This document shows positions 54,715 to 64,000 of a stretch of 64,000 bases of DNA, in pieces. Source of the DNA: an uncultured Acidimicrobiaceae bacterium (lineage in GTDB: Bacteria > Actinomycetota > Acidimicrobiia > Acidimicrobiales > RAAP-2). A model generated the notes under the pieces. The model worked only from the letters and a program-made list of their open reading frames with translations, was not told the origin of the DNA and searched no databases. A program made the position numbers and the translations under genes. The stretch spans positions 142,504-206,503 of the forward strand of contig CAVUKH010000008.1 of the NCBI GenBank assembly GCA_963742035.1, written 5' to 3'. Position 1 is the stretch's first letter. Each line of letters begins with the position of its first letter.

Positions 54715-56079
54715 TCAGTTGCCCAGGATCCCGAGTCCCTCTTCTCTGATGCCCCTGGCGCGGTTGTCGGCAAAGTGCTCGAGCCACTCGCGGATCTCGT
54801 CGCTGCCCGTCTCGTCGGCCCAGCGCCGGGGCATGGCCGGGAACGAGTAGCCCGGCGGCAACGCGGGCGGTGGCGGCTCCTGCGCCCGGCGCTCCAGCGC
54901 GGCGTCGACGGCTGGTGCGAGCCGGGCCGCTTTCGCCCGCACCTGGGCCTCGTCGCGCTCCCTGAAGGCGGGCAGCACCTCGCGCCCGAACAGCTCCAGC
55001 GACTCGCAGATGTGCTCGTGGTGGTTCATGCCGGCCTGCATCACGAAGATCACCTGATCGACGCCCGCCTCCTCGAAGCGTTGCAGGTAGGCGCGCACCT
55101 GGGCGGGGGTCCCGGTCGCACCGCGCAGGCCCGTGCGATCTCCCGCGGCCAGCTTGGCCCCGAGTCGCTCCTGCCGCAACGCGGTTTCGATCTCGGGCGA
55201 GTAGCCCTGATCCCCCCGCCGCTCGAGGTACTCGGCCCAGACATCGGTCGACCCGGGCCGGTGCTCCCCGAAGACGTAGTAGTGGCCGAGCGAGTACCCG
55301 AAGAAGTTCCCACCCTCGAGGCCGCGGTCGAGCGCCACCTTCTCGTCGGGGTGGCACATCATTTGGGTCACGCACGCGATGTTGGGGTTCACCGCGAGAC
55401 CGACGGGAACGCAGCGGTCGGCCAGTGTCTGCTCGTAGTCCGCGACCCATTTCTCCGCTTCCTCCGGATCGATGAACGCGAAGGTCAGGGCACCGATGCC
55501 CTTCTCGGCCGCCAGCAGAATGGTGTCCCGCCGTGAGCAGGCCACCCAGAGCGGCGGATGGGGGCGCTGCATCGGCTTCGGGACGACGTTACGCGGTGGC
55601 ATCTGCACGAAGCGGCCGTCGACGCCGGTGAACGGTGTCTCCGTCAGGCAGCGCAGCGTGACCTGCAGTCCCTCGAGCCACGCATCGCGCTTGGTCGCCG
55701 GATCGACCTGGAACCCGCCGAGCTCCGCCTCCGAACCCGACTCACCCGATCCGAACTCCACCCGCCCGCCCGACAGCAGGTCGAGGGTGGCCACCCGCTC
55801 GGCCGTGCGGGCAGGGTGGTTGTAGCCCGGCGCGGTCTGAATGATGCCGTGGCCGAGCCGGATGTCCTTGGTCCGCTGACTGCACGCGCCGAGGAAGACC
55901 TCGGGCGCCGAGGAATGGCTGTACTCCTCCAGGAAGTGGTGCTCGACCTCCCACACCACGTCGAAGCCGAGACGATCGGCCAGCTCGACCTGCTCGAGCG
56001 CGTCCTGCAGGAGGCGGTACTCGGAGTCCACCTCCCACGGGCGCGGCAGCTGGTGCTCGTAGAAGACCCCGAACTTCAT
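54715..56079 (-). CDS. LLM-class (luciferase-like) flavin/F420-dependent oxidoreductase
   Basis: From ATG 56079: MKFGVFYEHQLPRPW...VWEVEHHFLEEYSHSSAPEVFLGA. TIM-barrel LLM signature. The ATG overlaps the upstream TGA (ATGA). Confidence 0.85.
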   Translation of the reverse strand: MKFGVFYEHQLPRPWEVDSEYRLLQDALEQVELADRLGFDVVWEVEHHFLEEYSHSSAPEVFLGACSQRTKDIRLGHGIIQTAPGYNHPARTAERVATLDLLSGGRVEFGSGESGSEAELGGFQVDPATKRDAWLEGLQVTLRCLTETPFTGVDGRFVQMPPRNVVPKPMQRPHPPLWVACSRRDTILLAAEKGIGALTFAFIDPEEAEKWVADYEQTLADRCVPVGLAVNPNIACVTQMMCHPDEKVALDRGLEGGNFFGYSLGHYYVFGEHRPGSTDVWAEYLERRGDQGYSPEIETALRQERLGAKLAAGDRTGLRGATGTPAQVRAYLQRFEEAGVDQVIFVMQAGMNHHEHICESLELFGREVLPAFRERDEAQVRAKAARLAPAVDAALERRAQEPPPPALPPGYSFPAMPRRWADETGSDEIREWLEHFADNRARGIREEGLGILGN

Positions 56080-57110
56080 GCCGCTCCGAGCGACTGGAAC
56101 TCGGCCAGGAGGTCCGCCCCGTTCTTGCGCTGCGCGCACCAGAACTCCACCTCGGCCAGGGCGACGCGCCGGCCCTCCTCACGGGCGGGCCCGAGGCTGT
56201 GCGCCAACAGCGGGTCCCAGATCCGCCCGATCATGTCGGTGCCCGCATAGGTGCGACCACCTGCACCCCGCCAGGTGCGATCGCGCATTTCGGTCAGGGC
56301 GGTGCGCAGGTAGCCGACGTGCGGCGTCTCGTCGGCCCGGATGAAACCCACCAGACGAGCGGCCTCGCCGTCGCCCGCGACCAGGTCGGCGTCGGACATC
56401 CATTCCTCGGCCCAGGCGAAGGTGTGGAAGGCGGAGATCTCAATGAAGAGCACGCGGACCATGAGGGTGACCATCGCCTCGAGCTCGGGCGCAATGTCGT
56501 CGGGCAGAAGACGGACGACCTCGCCACCGGACCGGCCCGGGCCGAACCCCATGCGGGCCAACATCGCCTCGATGTCAAGCTCCTCGCACGAGCGCTCGAA
56601 GGCGATGTCGCGCGCCGCGAACCACATGTCCCGGTGGCCGGCCTCCTCTTCCCAGCCGGCCTCGTCGCGACCGTGCGCCTCGAACAACCCCCGGCCGAGA
56701 TGCTCGATCGCCGTCCCGCGGATCTCCTCCACGAAGTGCCGCTGCAGATCCTTGGGCTGCAGCAGGCGGATGTTGGCACCGAAACCCTCGACGGTGCCGA
56801 TGCGGGTCAAGGTGGCCATGAGGGGCTCGGGGACGCCGGCACGGATGAGGAAGCGGGCCTGCTCGACGTTGGGAAAGGAGCGCTCCCACCACTCGAGGGG
56901 GACGTCGATCAGCTCGCTGTCGAAACGCAGGCTGTTCTGCTCACCCCAGGCGGCGATGGCCGGAAGCCGGAACCTTGTCCGGGGTGAGACGTAACGGCCG
57001 TCCGCCCCGAAGCCTCCGTGGCAGCGCACCCCGCCGGCGATGAGCGGCTCGGCGACCGTCAGGTCGGCCAGGAGCTCCTCCTCGGTGAACTCGACCTGCG
57101 CCGTGCCCAT
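56076..57110 (-). CDS. hypothetical protein with ferritin-like diiron-carboxylate motif pattern
   Basis: 344 aa. E108 ... E155-E156-x-x-H159 (EEAGH) ... E224 ... D260-E261-x-x-H264 (DETPH). The spacing is similar to that of soluble diiron oxygenases/desaturases. Family not identified. Confidence 0.6.
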   Translation of the reverse strand: MGTAQVEFTEEELLADLTVAEPLIAGGVRCHGGFGADGRYVSPRTRFRLPAIAAWGEQNSLRFDSELIDVPLEWWERSFPNVEQARFLIRAGVPEPLMATLTRIGTVEGFGANIRLLQPKDLQRHFVEEIRGTAIEHLGRGLFEAHGRDEAGWEEEAGHRDMWFAARDIAFERSCEELDIEAMLARMGFGPGRSGGEVVRLLPDDIAPELEAMVTLMVRVLFIEISAFHTFAWAEEWMSDADLVAGDGEAARLVGFIRADETPHVGYLRTALTEMRDRTWRGAGGRTYAGTDMIGRIWDPLLAHSLGPAREEGRRVALAEVEFWCAQRKNGADLLAEFQSLGAA

Positions 57111-57178
57111 GGCCGCTCCCTTCCCGGTCTGCTGTAACTGTCAGGTATATACTGTCCCGTATACAGACCGAGAGCAAG

Positions 57179-57754
57179 TTGCTGCCCCGAGCCGAGCGCC
57201 GCGCCGCCATCGTGCACGGCGCCGCCCTGGCCTTCGCCTCGACCGGGTTCGCCGACACCTCCATGGACGATGTGGGCACCGCCTGCGGGGTGACCAAGCT
57301 GATCGTCTACCGGCACTTCGGATCGAAGGAAGAGCTCTACCGCGAGATCCTGCAGCAGGTCTTCGACCACCTCGGCGTCGAACTGCGAGCCGAACTGGCC
57401 CAGCCGACCCACGTCGGCCTCGGTCCCCGGACCCTCCTGACCGTGGCGAGGGAGGACCCGGCTGCGTTCACGCTGCTGTGGCGACATGCCGCCCGCGAAC
57501 CGCAGTTCGCGGCCTACGCCGCCGAGCTGCGGGCGGTGGCCGTGTCGGTCGTGCGCCGGCTCAGCGGACTCGACACCGGTGACGAGCTGCTCAATGCGTG
57601 GCACTCCGAGGCGCTCTTCGGCTGGCTGGTCGAGACGACGCTCACCTGGCTCGCGCGCGGCGATCCGGCCCGCGACGAGACGTTCGTGGCCCAGACATCG
57701 GCGGGCTTCCGGGCTCTCCGGGCCGCCCTCGCCGAAGGCGCCGCCCTGGTCTGA
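57179..57754 (+). CDS. TetR family transcriptional regulator
   Basis: TTG start. HTH FASTGFADTSMDDVGTACGVTKLIVYRHFGSKEELY. Divergent from the 57110 operon. Confidence 0.85.
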   Translation: MLPRAERRAAIVHGAALAFASTGFADTSMDDVGTACGVTKLIVYRHFGSKEELYREILQQVFDHLGVELRAELAQPTHVGLGPRTLLTVAREDPAAFTLLWRHAAREPQFAAYAAELRAVAVSVVRRLSGLDTGDELLNAWHSEALFGWLVETTLTWLARGDPARDETFVAQTSAGFRALRAALAEGAALV

Positions 57755-57817
57755 CGCCCCGGTCGCTGATGGCGGCAGAATCGGGGTTTGCAGCGGAGCG
57801 AGACGAGGAGTTGTCCG

Positions 57818-58534
57818 GTGGCCACATTCGTCCTGGTTCACGGCGCCATGCACGGTGGCTGGTGCTGGCGCGACGTCCACCGCCTGCTCTCCGCACGAGG
57901 GCACGACGTCCACCGGCCGACCCTCAGCGGACAGGGTGATCGCCGCGCCGGGCTCTCCCCCGAGGTGGGCGTGGAGACGCACGTGGCGGACCTCGACGAG
58001 CTGCTGTGGTTCGAGGACCTGACTGAGGTCCACCTCGTGCTGCACAGCTACGCCGGCGTCCTCGCCGGCCCGCTGGCCGAGCGCGCCGAAGAACGGCTGG
58101 CTTCGGTGGTGTATCTCGGGGCGTTCGTCACCGCGCCGGGCGAGAGCCTCCTCAATGTCGAGCCGCCGGAGGTCGCCGAGCGCTACCGCCGCCAGGTCGC
58201 CGAGGCGGGCGAAGGCTGGTACCTCGGGGCCACGGATGCCTTTCTCGAACAGTGGGGTATCGCGGCCGCGCAACGCCCATGGGTCGGGGCCCGGCTGACC
58301 GACTTCCCGTTCCGGTGCCAGATCGAGCCGACCGAGTTCGACCCCGGCCCGCTGCGCCGGCTGCGCAAGGTCTACGTGGCGCATACCGATCCCCCGCTGG
58401 CCAGTCTCGGGCGGTTCGCCGAGGCGGCGGTGGCGGCTGGGTGGGAAACGCACGAGCTCGCCTGTGGGCACGACATGATGCTCGCCGCTCCCGACGAGAC
58501 GGCCACGCTGCTCGAACACATCGCGCTGGGCTGA
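57818..58534 (+). CDS. alpha/beta hydrolase (methylesterase/hydroxynitrile-lyase-like)
   Basis: From GTG 57818: VATFVLVHGAMHGGWCW, with nucleophile motif LVLHSYAG and a C-terminal CGHDMM. Confidence 0.75.
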   Translation: MATFVLVHGAMHGGWCWRDVHRLLSARGHDVHRPTLSGQGDRRAGLSPEVGVETHVADLDELLWFEDLTEVHLVLHSYAGVLAGPLAERAEERLASVVYLGAFVTAPGESLLNVEPPEVAERYRRQVAEAGEGWYLGATDAFLEQWGIAAAQRPWVGARLTDFPFRCQIEPTEFDPGPLRRLRKVYVAHTDPPLASLGRFAEAAVAAGWETHELACGHDMMLAAPDETATLLEHIALG

Positions 58535-58591
58535 CGTCCCCGCCTTCGCGACCGCGCCCGGAAGAGGATCGTTGCCTTCCCCTGGGAGCGG

Positions 58592-58966
58592 TCAGACGGG
58601 CGTTTCGAAGGGGGACGGCTGGTTGAAGATGACCGCCAGACTCACGATCTTGTCGTCTCGGACGCTGAAGTAGTTCGACATCACCAACTCGTCGGGCAGG
58701 TTGGTCTTGTCGTAGGTCCCGTCGTAGCGCGCCCGCACAATGGTGTCGCCATAGTGGTCGATGACCTCGCGCACCTCCATGGTGACGTGGTCGCCGACCA
58801 TCTCCTTGGCCACCCAGGCCCGGATTGCGCCAACGCCCTTGATTTCCCGGCGGGCATCGTTGACATAGGCGTCGGGCGCAAAGGTGGCGACGATGGCGTC
58901 GACGTCGAACGCATTGACGGCGGCGACATGCGCAGCGACGACCCCGCGCAGTTCGGTGGTCTGCAT
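58592..58966 (-). CDS. SnoaL/NTF2-like fold protein
   Basis: 3' part of ORF 58592..59893 from ATG 58966, with GAGGAG upstream. It is a 124-aa alpha+beta barrel-type sequence (VAAVNAFDVDAIVATFAPDAYVND). Confidence 0.7.
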   Translation of the reverse strand: MQTTELRGVVAAHVAAVNAFDVDAIVATFAPDAYVNDARREIKGVGAIRAWVAKEMVGDHVTMEVREVIDHYGDTIVRARYDGTYDKTNLPDELVMSNYFSVRDDKIVSLAVIFNQPSPFETPV

Positions 58967-59023
58967 GGGAGGGTCTCCTCTCTGGAGTGCTTCTGACGCC
59001 CCCACGGTGCGCCATCCCGCGAC

Positions 59024-59077
59024 GGGAGGGTCAAGACGGCATCGCCGCCTTGACCCTCCCCCGGGGGGAGGGTTGAA
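59024..59077. promoter_or_regulatory. three copies of GGGAGGGT(C/T)(A/G)A in a forward-reverse-forward arrangement forming two overlapping palindromes; candidate MerR operator
   Basis: GGGAGGGTCAAG (59024-35), CTTGACCCTCCC (59049-60) and GGGAGGGTTGAA (59066-77). The core palindrome is ACCCTCCCCC-g-GGGGGAGGGT (59053-73). TTGACC hexamers occur on both strands. Confidence 0.5.
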
Positions 59078-59086
59078 ACTGGAGGC

Positions 59087-59911
59087 ATGCCGTCGTCCCT
59101 GGCCATCGGCGACTTCTCGCGGGCCACCCAGCTCAGCGTGAAGATGCTCCGTCACTACCACCGGCTCGGCCTGCTGGTCCCGGCCGAGGTGGACCCGGAT
59201 TCGAGCTACCGCCGTTACAGCACCGACCAGATCCCCTCGGCGCAGGTCATCCGGCGCTTCCGCGATCTGGACATGCCGCTGGAGCAGATCGGGGCGGTGC
59301 TGCGGGCACCGGACCTCGACACCCGTCACGCGATCATCGCCGACCACCTGGCGCACCTGGAACAGGGCCTCCTCCAGACCCACGAAGCCGTGGCCTCCCT
59401 GCGCGGGCTCCTCCAGGGCCCCGCCCCTGACGTGCACATCGAGCACCGCAGCCAACCGGCGCTCCGGACGGCGGCCATCAGCCAGACGGTGAGGCTCGAC
59501 GAGCTGGTCCCGTGGTTCCAGGGCGCGCTCGGCGAGCTCGCATCCACCGTCGAGGCACAGGGCGTGGTGACGACCGGCCCGCCCGGCGCGGTGATCGCCG
59601 ACGACTTCTTCCGCCAGGAACAGGGGGAACTCACCATCTTCGTGCCCGCGCAGGACGTGATCAGGCCGGTCGGCCGCGTGGAGCCGCAGATCCTGCCGGC
59701 GGTCGAGCTGGCGACGATTGTGCACGCGGGGTCCCATGCGGACATCGACCGCGCCTACGGCGCGCTGGCCACGTACGTCTCCGACCGCGCGCTGGGCGTG
59801 GAGGGACCGATCCGGGAGCGCTACCTGGTCGGCCGGCTCGACACCACCGACGCAGGGGCCTGGCGGACGGAGATCGCCTGGCCGATCTTCCACACGGGCC
59901 CGGCGGCCTGA
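59087..59911 (+). CDS. MerR family transcriptional regulator with C-terminal GyrI-like effector-binding domain
   Basis: IGDFSRATQLSVKMLRHYHRLGLLVP...YRRYSTDQI, plus a ~150-aa C-terminal ligand-binding-type domain. Confidence 0.85.
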   Translation: MPSSLAIGDFSRATQLSVKMLRHYHRLGLLVPAEVDPDSSYRRYSTDQIPSAQVIRRFRDLDMPLEQIGAVLRAPDLDTRHAIIADHLAHLEQGLLQTHEAVASLRGLLQGPAPDVHIEHRSQPALRTAAISQTVRLDELVPWFQGALGELASTVEAQGVVTTGPPGAVIADDFFRQEQGELTIFVPAQDVIRPVGRVEPQILPAVELATIVHAGSHADIDRAYGALATYVSDRALGVEGPIRERYLVGRLDTTDAGAWRTEIAWPIFHTGPAA

Positions 59912-59950
59912 CCAACCACCGCGCGGTCGGCACGACTGCTTCCGGCCCGA

Positions 59951-60535
59951 CTACCTGCGGACGGACAGCCCGGCGATCCAGGCGGCGAGGATCTCGCCGA
60001 CCTCGGCCTCGCTCTTGCGCAACGAGTGATCGCCCTCGACGACGTGGCGGGTGACCGGACCCGGGATCGCCGCCGTCTCCCGCTCGAGCTCTGCGGGCGT
60101 GGCGAAGGCGTCGCGCCGGCCCGAGACGAACAGACACGGCAGGTCCAAGCGGGCAAAGTGCTCGGTGCGGAGGCGATCGGGGCGACCCGGTGGGTGGAGC
60201 GGGTAGCTGACCAGGACCAGCCCCGCCACCGACAGGCCCTCGGCCACGGCCAGGGAGCACATGCGACCGCCGAAGGAACGGCCCCCGATGGCGAGACGAC
60301 GACTCGGGACGCCGAGCTGCTCGGCCAGCGCGGCGGTGGCGGTCCGCACCGTCTCGATGCACACCGCGGGCGGATCGGTCCGCCGCTTGCCGGCCGCCTG
60401 GCCGGGGAACTCGACGCGCTCGACCGTCACCCCGGTGCGCGTCACGGCCTCGTCAATGGCGACGAGGCCGGACTGGGTGCGTCCGGCGCTCGCCCCGGGT
60501 GTGAGGATGAGCCCGGCAATGCCCGCTTTCGCCAT
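59951..60535 (-). CDS. alpha/beta hydrolase-fold protein (KANL3/Tex30-like small hydrolase)
   Basis: 3' end of composite ORF 59951..62500 from ATG 60535 (MAKAGIAGLILTPGASAG). GGRSFGG nucleophile elbow, and a C-terminal GDHSL. Confidence 0.7.
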   Translation of the reverse strand: MAKAGIAGLILTPGASAGRTQSGLVAIDEAVTRTGVTVERVEFPGQAAGKRRTDPPAVCIETVRTATAALAEQLGVPSRRLAIGGRSFGGRMCSLAVAEGLSVAGLVLVSYPLHPPGRPDRLRTEHFARLDLPCLFVSGRRDAFATPAELERETAAIPGPVTRHVVEGDHSLRKSEAEVGEILAAWIAGLSVRR

Positions 60536-60573
60536 CGGGCCATCATGGCGTGTGCGGCCTGTCCGCGGACGCG

Positions 60574-61717
<1,144 letters not shown>

Positions 61718-61912
61718 CGGTGGCCTCCTCAAGTGACGGACGACCCGTCGTGTTCGCGTTCCATGGTGGCCCACGCGAGCAGGAGCCCGATGGCAGCGAG
61801 GAGATGGGGATCGACCGCTCCGGTTGCCTGTAGGGTAAGCGGAGTGAAATCTCCGGATACGAGCCCGGCGGAGGCGCGGAGCGGCCACGCCGCCTCGACC
61901 TTGAGCCGGCCG

Positions 61913-62512
61913 ATGCGCAGCGACGCCCAGAAGAATCGGGAGCGTCTCCTGGTGGCCGCCGGTCAGGTCTTCGAGGAGAAGGGGCTCGAGGCCAGCGTGG
62001 CCGACGTGGCACGGGTGGCCGGCGTCGGGATGGGCACGCTGTACCGCCGCTTCCCTTCGAAGGAGGCGCTCATCGAGGCGCTCGTCTCGGAGGTCCTCGA
62101 GGCGACGATCGCCATGGCCGAGGAGGCGGCGGCGCGTCCGGACGGCACGGGGCTCGAGCACTTCTTGCGGGCCTCGAGCGCGTATCTCGCGGAGCATCTC
62201 GGCTGCCTGCCCAAGCTGTGGAACTCGGACCATCATCTGGTGCGGAGGGCTCGTGAGCTCATCGCCGACCTGCTCGCCGACGCCCAGGCGCACGGCCGAG
62301 TGCGCCGCGACCTGGCGAGCACCGACATCTCTCTCGCCATGTGGTCGATCAGGGGCGTGCTCGAGACCACCGGCTCGAACGCACCCGAGGCGTGGAAGCG
62401 GCATCTCGACCTCCTGGTCGCCGGCATGCGGCCCACGGACGTCGCGCTGGGGCACCGCCCGCTCAACCAGAACCAGGTCGACCGGATCCTCTCGAAGCAC
62501 GGCGCCTCGTGA
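61913..62512 (+). CDS. TetR family transcriptional regulator
   Basis: 3' part of ORF 61472..62512 from ATG 61913: MRSDAQKNRERLLVAAGQVFEEKGLEASVADVARVAGVGMGTLYRRFPSKEAL. Confidence 0.85.
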   Translation: MRSDAQKNRERLLVAAGQVFEEKGLEASVADVARVAGVGMGTLYRRFPSKEALIEALVSEVLEATIAMAEEAAARPDGTGLEHFLRASSAYLAEHLGCLPKLWNSDHHLVRRARELIADLLADAQAHGRVRRDLASTDISLAMWSIRGVLETTGSNAPEAWKRHLDLLVAGMRPTDVALGHRPLNQNQVDRILSKHGAS

Positions 62513-64000
62513 GCGGGTCGGTCACGACACTGCGGGAGCCCGGCGCGGGCACGGCGCCGTCCGGGACGACCCGGGCCCACTGGTGGATCCTCGTCATCAT
62601 CGCCGGCGCGCAGCTCATGGTGGTGCTCGACACGACGATCATGATCATCGCCCTTCCCTCGGCCCAGCACGCGCTCGGGTTCTCCAACACCGACCGGCAG
62701 TGGGTGGTGACCGCCTACACGCTCGCCTTCGGCGGCTTCCTCCTCCTGGGTGGACGCCTGGGCGACATGTTCGGCCCCAAGCGCACGCTGATGGTCGGGG
62801 TCCTCGGCTTTGCGCTGGCGTCAGCCCTCGGCGGGGCGGCCCAGACCACCCTCATGCTGATCGGGGCCCGTGGGCTGCAGGGTCTGTTCGGCGCGCTGCT
62901 GGCGCCGTCGGTGCTCTCACTCTTGACGTCGACCTTCAACGAGCCGCGCGAGCGCGGGCGGGCGTTCGGGATCTACGCCACCATCGCCATCGCCGGGTCC
63001 GCCTTCGGGCTCATCCTCGGCGGGTTCCTGACCCAGTACGTCGACTGGCGCTGGTGCCTGTACGTGAACCTGCCGATCGCCGCGCTGGTCCTCGTCGGCG
63101 CCTTCACCATGATCCCCGACCGCGAGGGGGTGCACGGGATCCGTTTGGACGTGCTGGGCGTCGTCCTCGGGTGCGGCGGTCTGGTCGCCCTCGTCTACGG
63201 GCTCGGAGAGGCCGGCACCAGCGGGTGGGGCGCCACCGATGTCATGGTGGCCCTGATCGTCGCCGCCATCCTGCTGGGCGCGTTCATCGTGTGGCAGAGC
63301 AAGGGCCCCAATCCCCTGCTCCCGCTGCGGGTGCTGCGCAACCGGAACCGGGCCGGGTCGTTCATCACGATTCTCCTGGCGGTGACCGGCATGTTCGGGA
63401 CCTTCCTCTTCCTCACCTACCTCCTGCAGACCATCGACCACTACTCGCCCCTCAAGACCGGAGTCGCCTTCCTCCCGCTCATGGCGATGAACGCGCTGGC
63501 GGCCACGCAGGTGGCCAGCCGCCTGATGCCCCGCGTGCGGACCCGCCTGCTCGTCGTCCCGGGCCTCCTGCTGGCGGGCCTCGGCGTCGCCCTCTTCACC
63601 CAACTGACGCCCGACGCGTCCTACGTCACGAACGTGCTGCCGAGCGAGCTCCTGCTCGGCTTCGGACTGGGGCTGGCCATCGTGCCCTGCATCAGCACGG
63701 CCACCCAGAACGCCGAGCCGCGGGACGTCGGCGTGACGGCGGCGACGACAAACACCTCCCAGCAGATCGGGGCCTCCATCGGCACCGCCCTGCTGAACAC
63801 GCTCGCGGCGGCGGCTACGGCGACTTACCTGGCGTCCCACCATGTGCAGAGCAAGGACGTCGTGGCGCAGGCGACGGTGCACGGGTACGCCGTCGCCAGT
63901 GCGTGGGCGGCCGGCATTTTCGTGCTGGCCGCGGTGCTGGCGGGCATCCTCATCAACGTCCACCCGGGGCGGCCCGGGGCGGCTCCCGATGCCGCCGACC
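62509..64000 (+). CDS. MFS transporter, DHA2 (EmrB/QacA-like, 14-TMS) family; runs to the right edge
   Basis: Not in the ORF track because no stop occurs in the window. Own translation from GTG 62509, which overlaps the TetR TGA: ...WWILVIIAGAQLMVVLDTTIMIIALPS...LGGRLGDMFGPKR... Confidence 0.85.
   Translation, partial: MSGSVTTLREPGAGTAPSGTTRAHWWILVIIAGAQLMVVLDTTIMIIALPSAQHALGFSNTDRQWVVTAYTLAFGGFLLLGGRLGDMFGPKRTLMVGVLGFALASALGGAAQTTLMLIGARGLQGLFGALLAPSVLSLLTSTFNEPRERGRAFGIYATIAIAGSAFGLILGGFLTQYVDWRWCLYVNLPIAALVLVGAFTMIPDREGVHGIRLDVLGVVLGCGGLVALVYGLGEAGTSGWGATDVMVALIVAAILLGAFIVWQSKGPNPLLPLRVLRNRNRAGSFITILLAVTGMFGTFLFLTYLLQTIDHYSPLKTGVAFLPLMAMNALAATQVASRLMPRVRTRLLVVPGLLLAGLGVALFTQLTPDASYVTNVLPSELLLGFGLGLAIVPCISTATQNAEPRDVGVTAATTNTSQQIGASIGTALLNTLAAAATATYLASHHVQSKDVVAQATVHGYAVASAWAAGIFVLAAVLAGILINVHPGRPGAAPDAAD

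Overview
Very GC-rich, densely packed bacterial chromosomal segment. I read about 62 protein-coding genes in it. I found no rRNA, tRNA, CRISPR array, transposase, integrase or phage gene by eye. All family calls rest on motifs recognised in the supplied translations or in my own translations. No homology search was run.

Many long ORFs in the track are GC-driven artefacts or over-extended starts, so I trimmed starts where a conserved N-terminus, an RBS or a 4-nt overlap made this possible.

Gene content, left to right:
- A complete System I cytochrome c maturation operon, ccmABC-(unlisted ccmD)-E-F, followed by ccdA.
- gmd and a glycosyltransferase.
- A GAF-GGDEF / kinase-fold / LMW-PTP gene string.
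- A phosphoesterase (PLC/AcpA-like) with a repeat-rich promoter region, then MarR and a ClC channel.
- An acyl-CoA dehydrogenase, then cysS and valS head-to-head.
- A Liv-type ABC transporter with a fused permease.
- WS/DGAT-VOC-tsaC-tsaD, then a second acyl-CoA dehydrogenase and fhs.
- DUF1269 plus a channel-like protein, and glutamate decarboxylase.
- A sigma-28/WhiG-like sigma factor followed by two tandem paralogous orphan OmpR-type response regulators.
- A UPF0016 transporter and several redox/hydrolase genes.
- A csoR-permease(YHS) copper module with a clear operator.
- A TetR-controlled operon of a diiron-motif protein, an LLM oxidoreductase and an epimerase.
- A MerR/SnoaL pair, an adenosine/adenine deaminase, and TetR-MFS.

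Gene content looks actinobacterium-like (WS/DGAT, LLM, WhiG-type sigma, CsoR, frequent GTG/TTG starts, GTGA/ATGA overlaps), but this is inference only.

The window is mostly core or housekeeping. I found no recognisable defence, mobile or toxin system. The most unusual items are:
1. A translated hexanucleotide microsatellite at the 5' end of the deaminase gene.
2. Three independent single-nucleotide frameshifts in conserved genes, all between 47.8 and 61.7 kb.
3. A 17-bp tandem repeat and a 29-bp palindrome in the phosphoesterase/MarR divergent promoter.
4. A GAGAC/GTCTC hairpin cluster in a 0.5-kb noncoding gap.
5. The sigma plus twin orphan regulator locus.
6. The diiron-like/LLM/epimerase operon.
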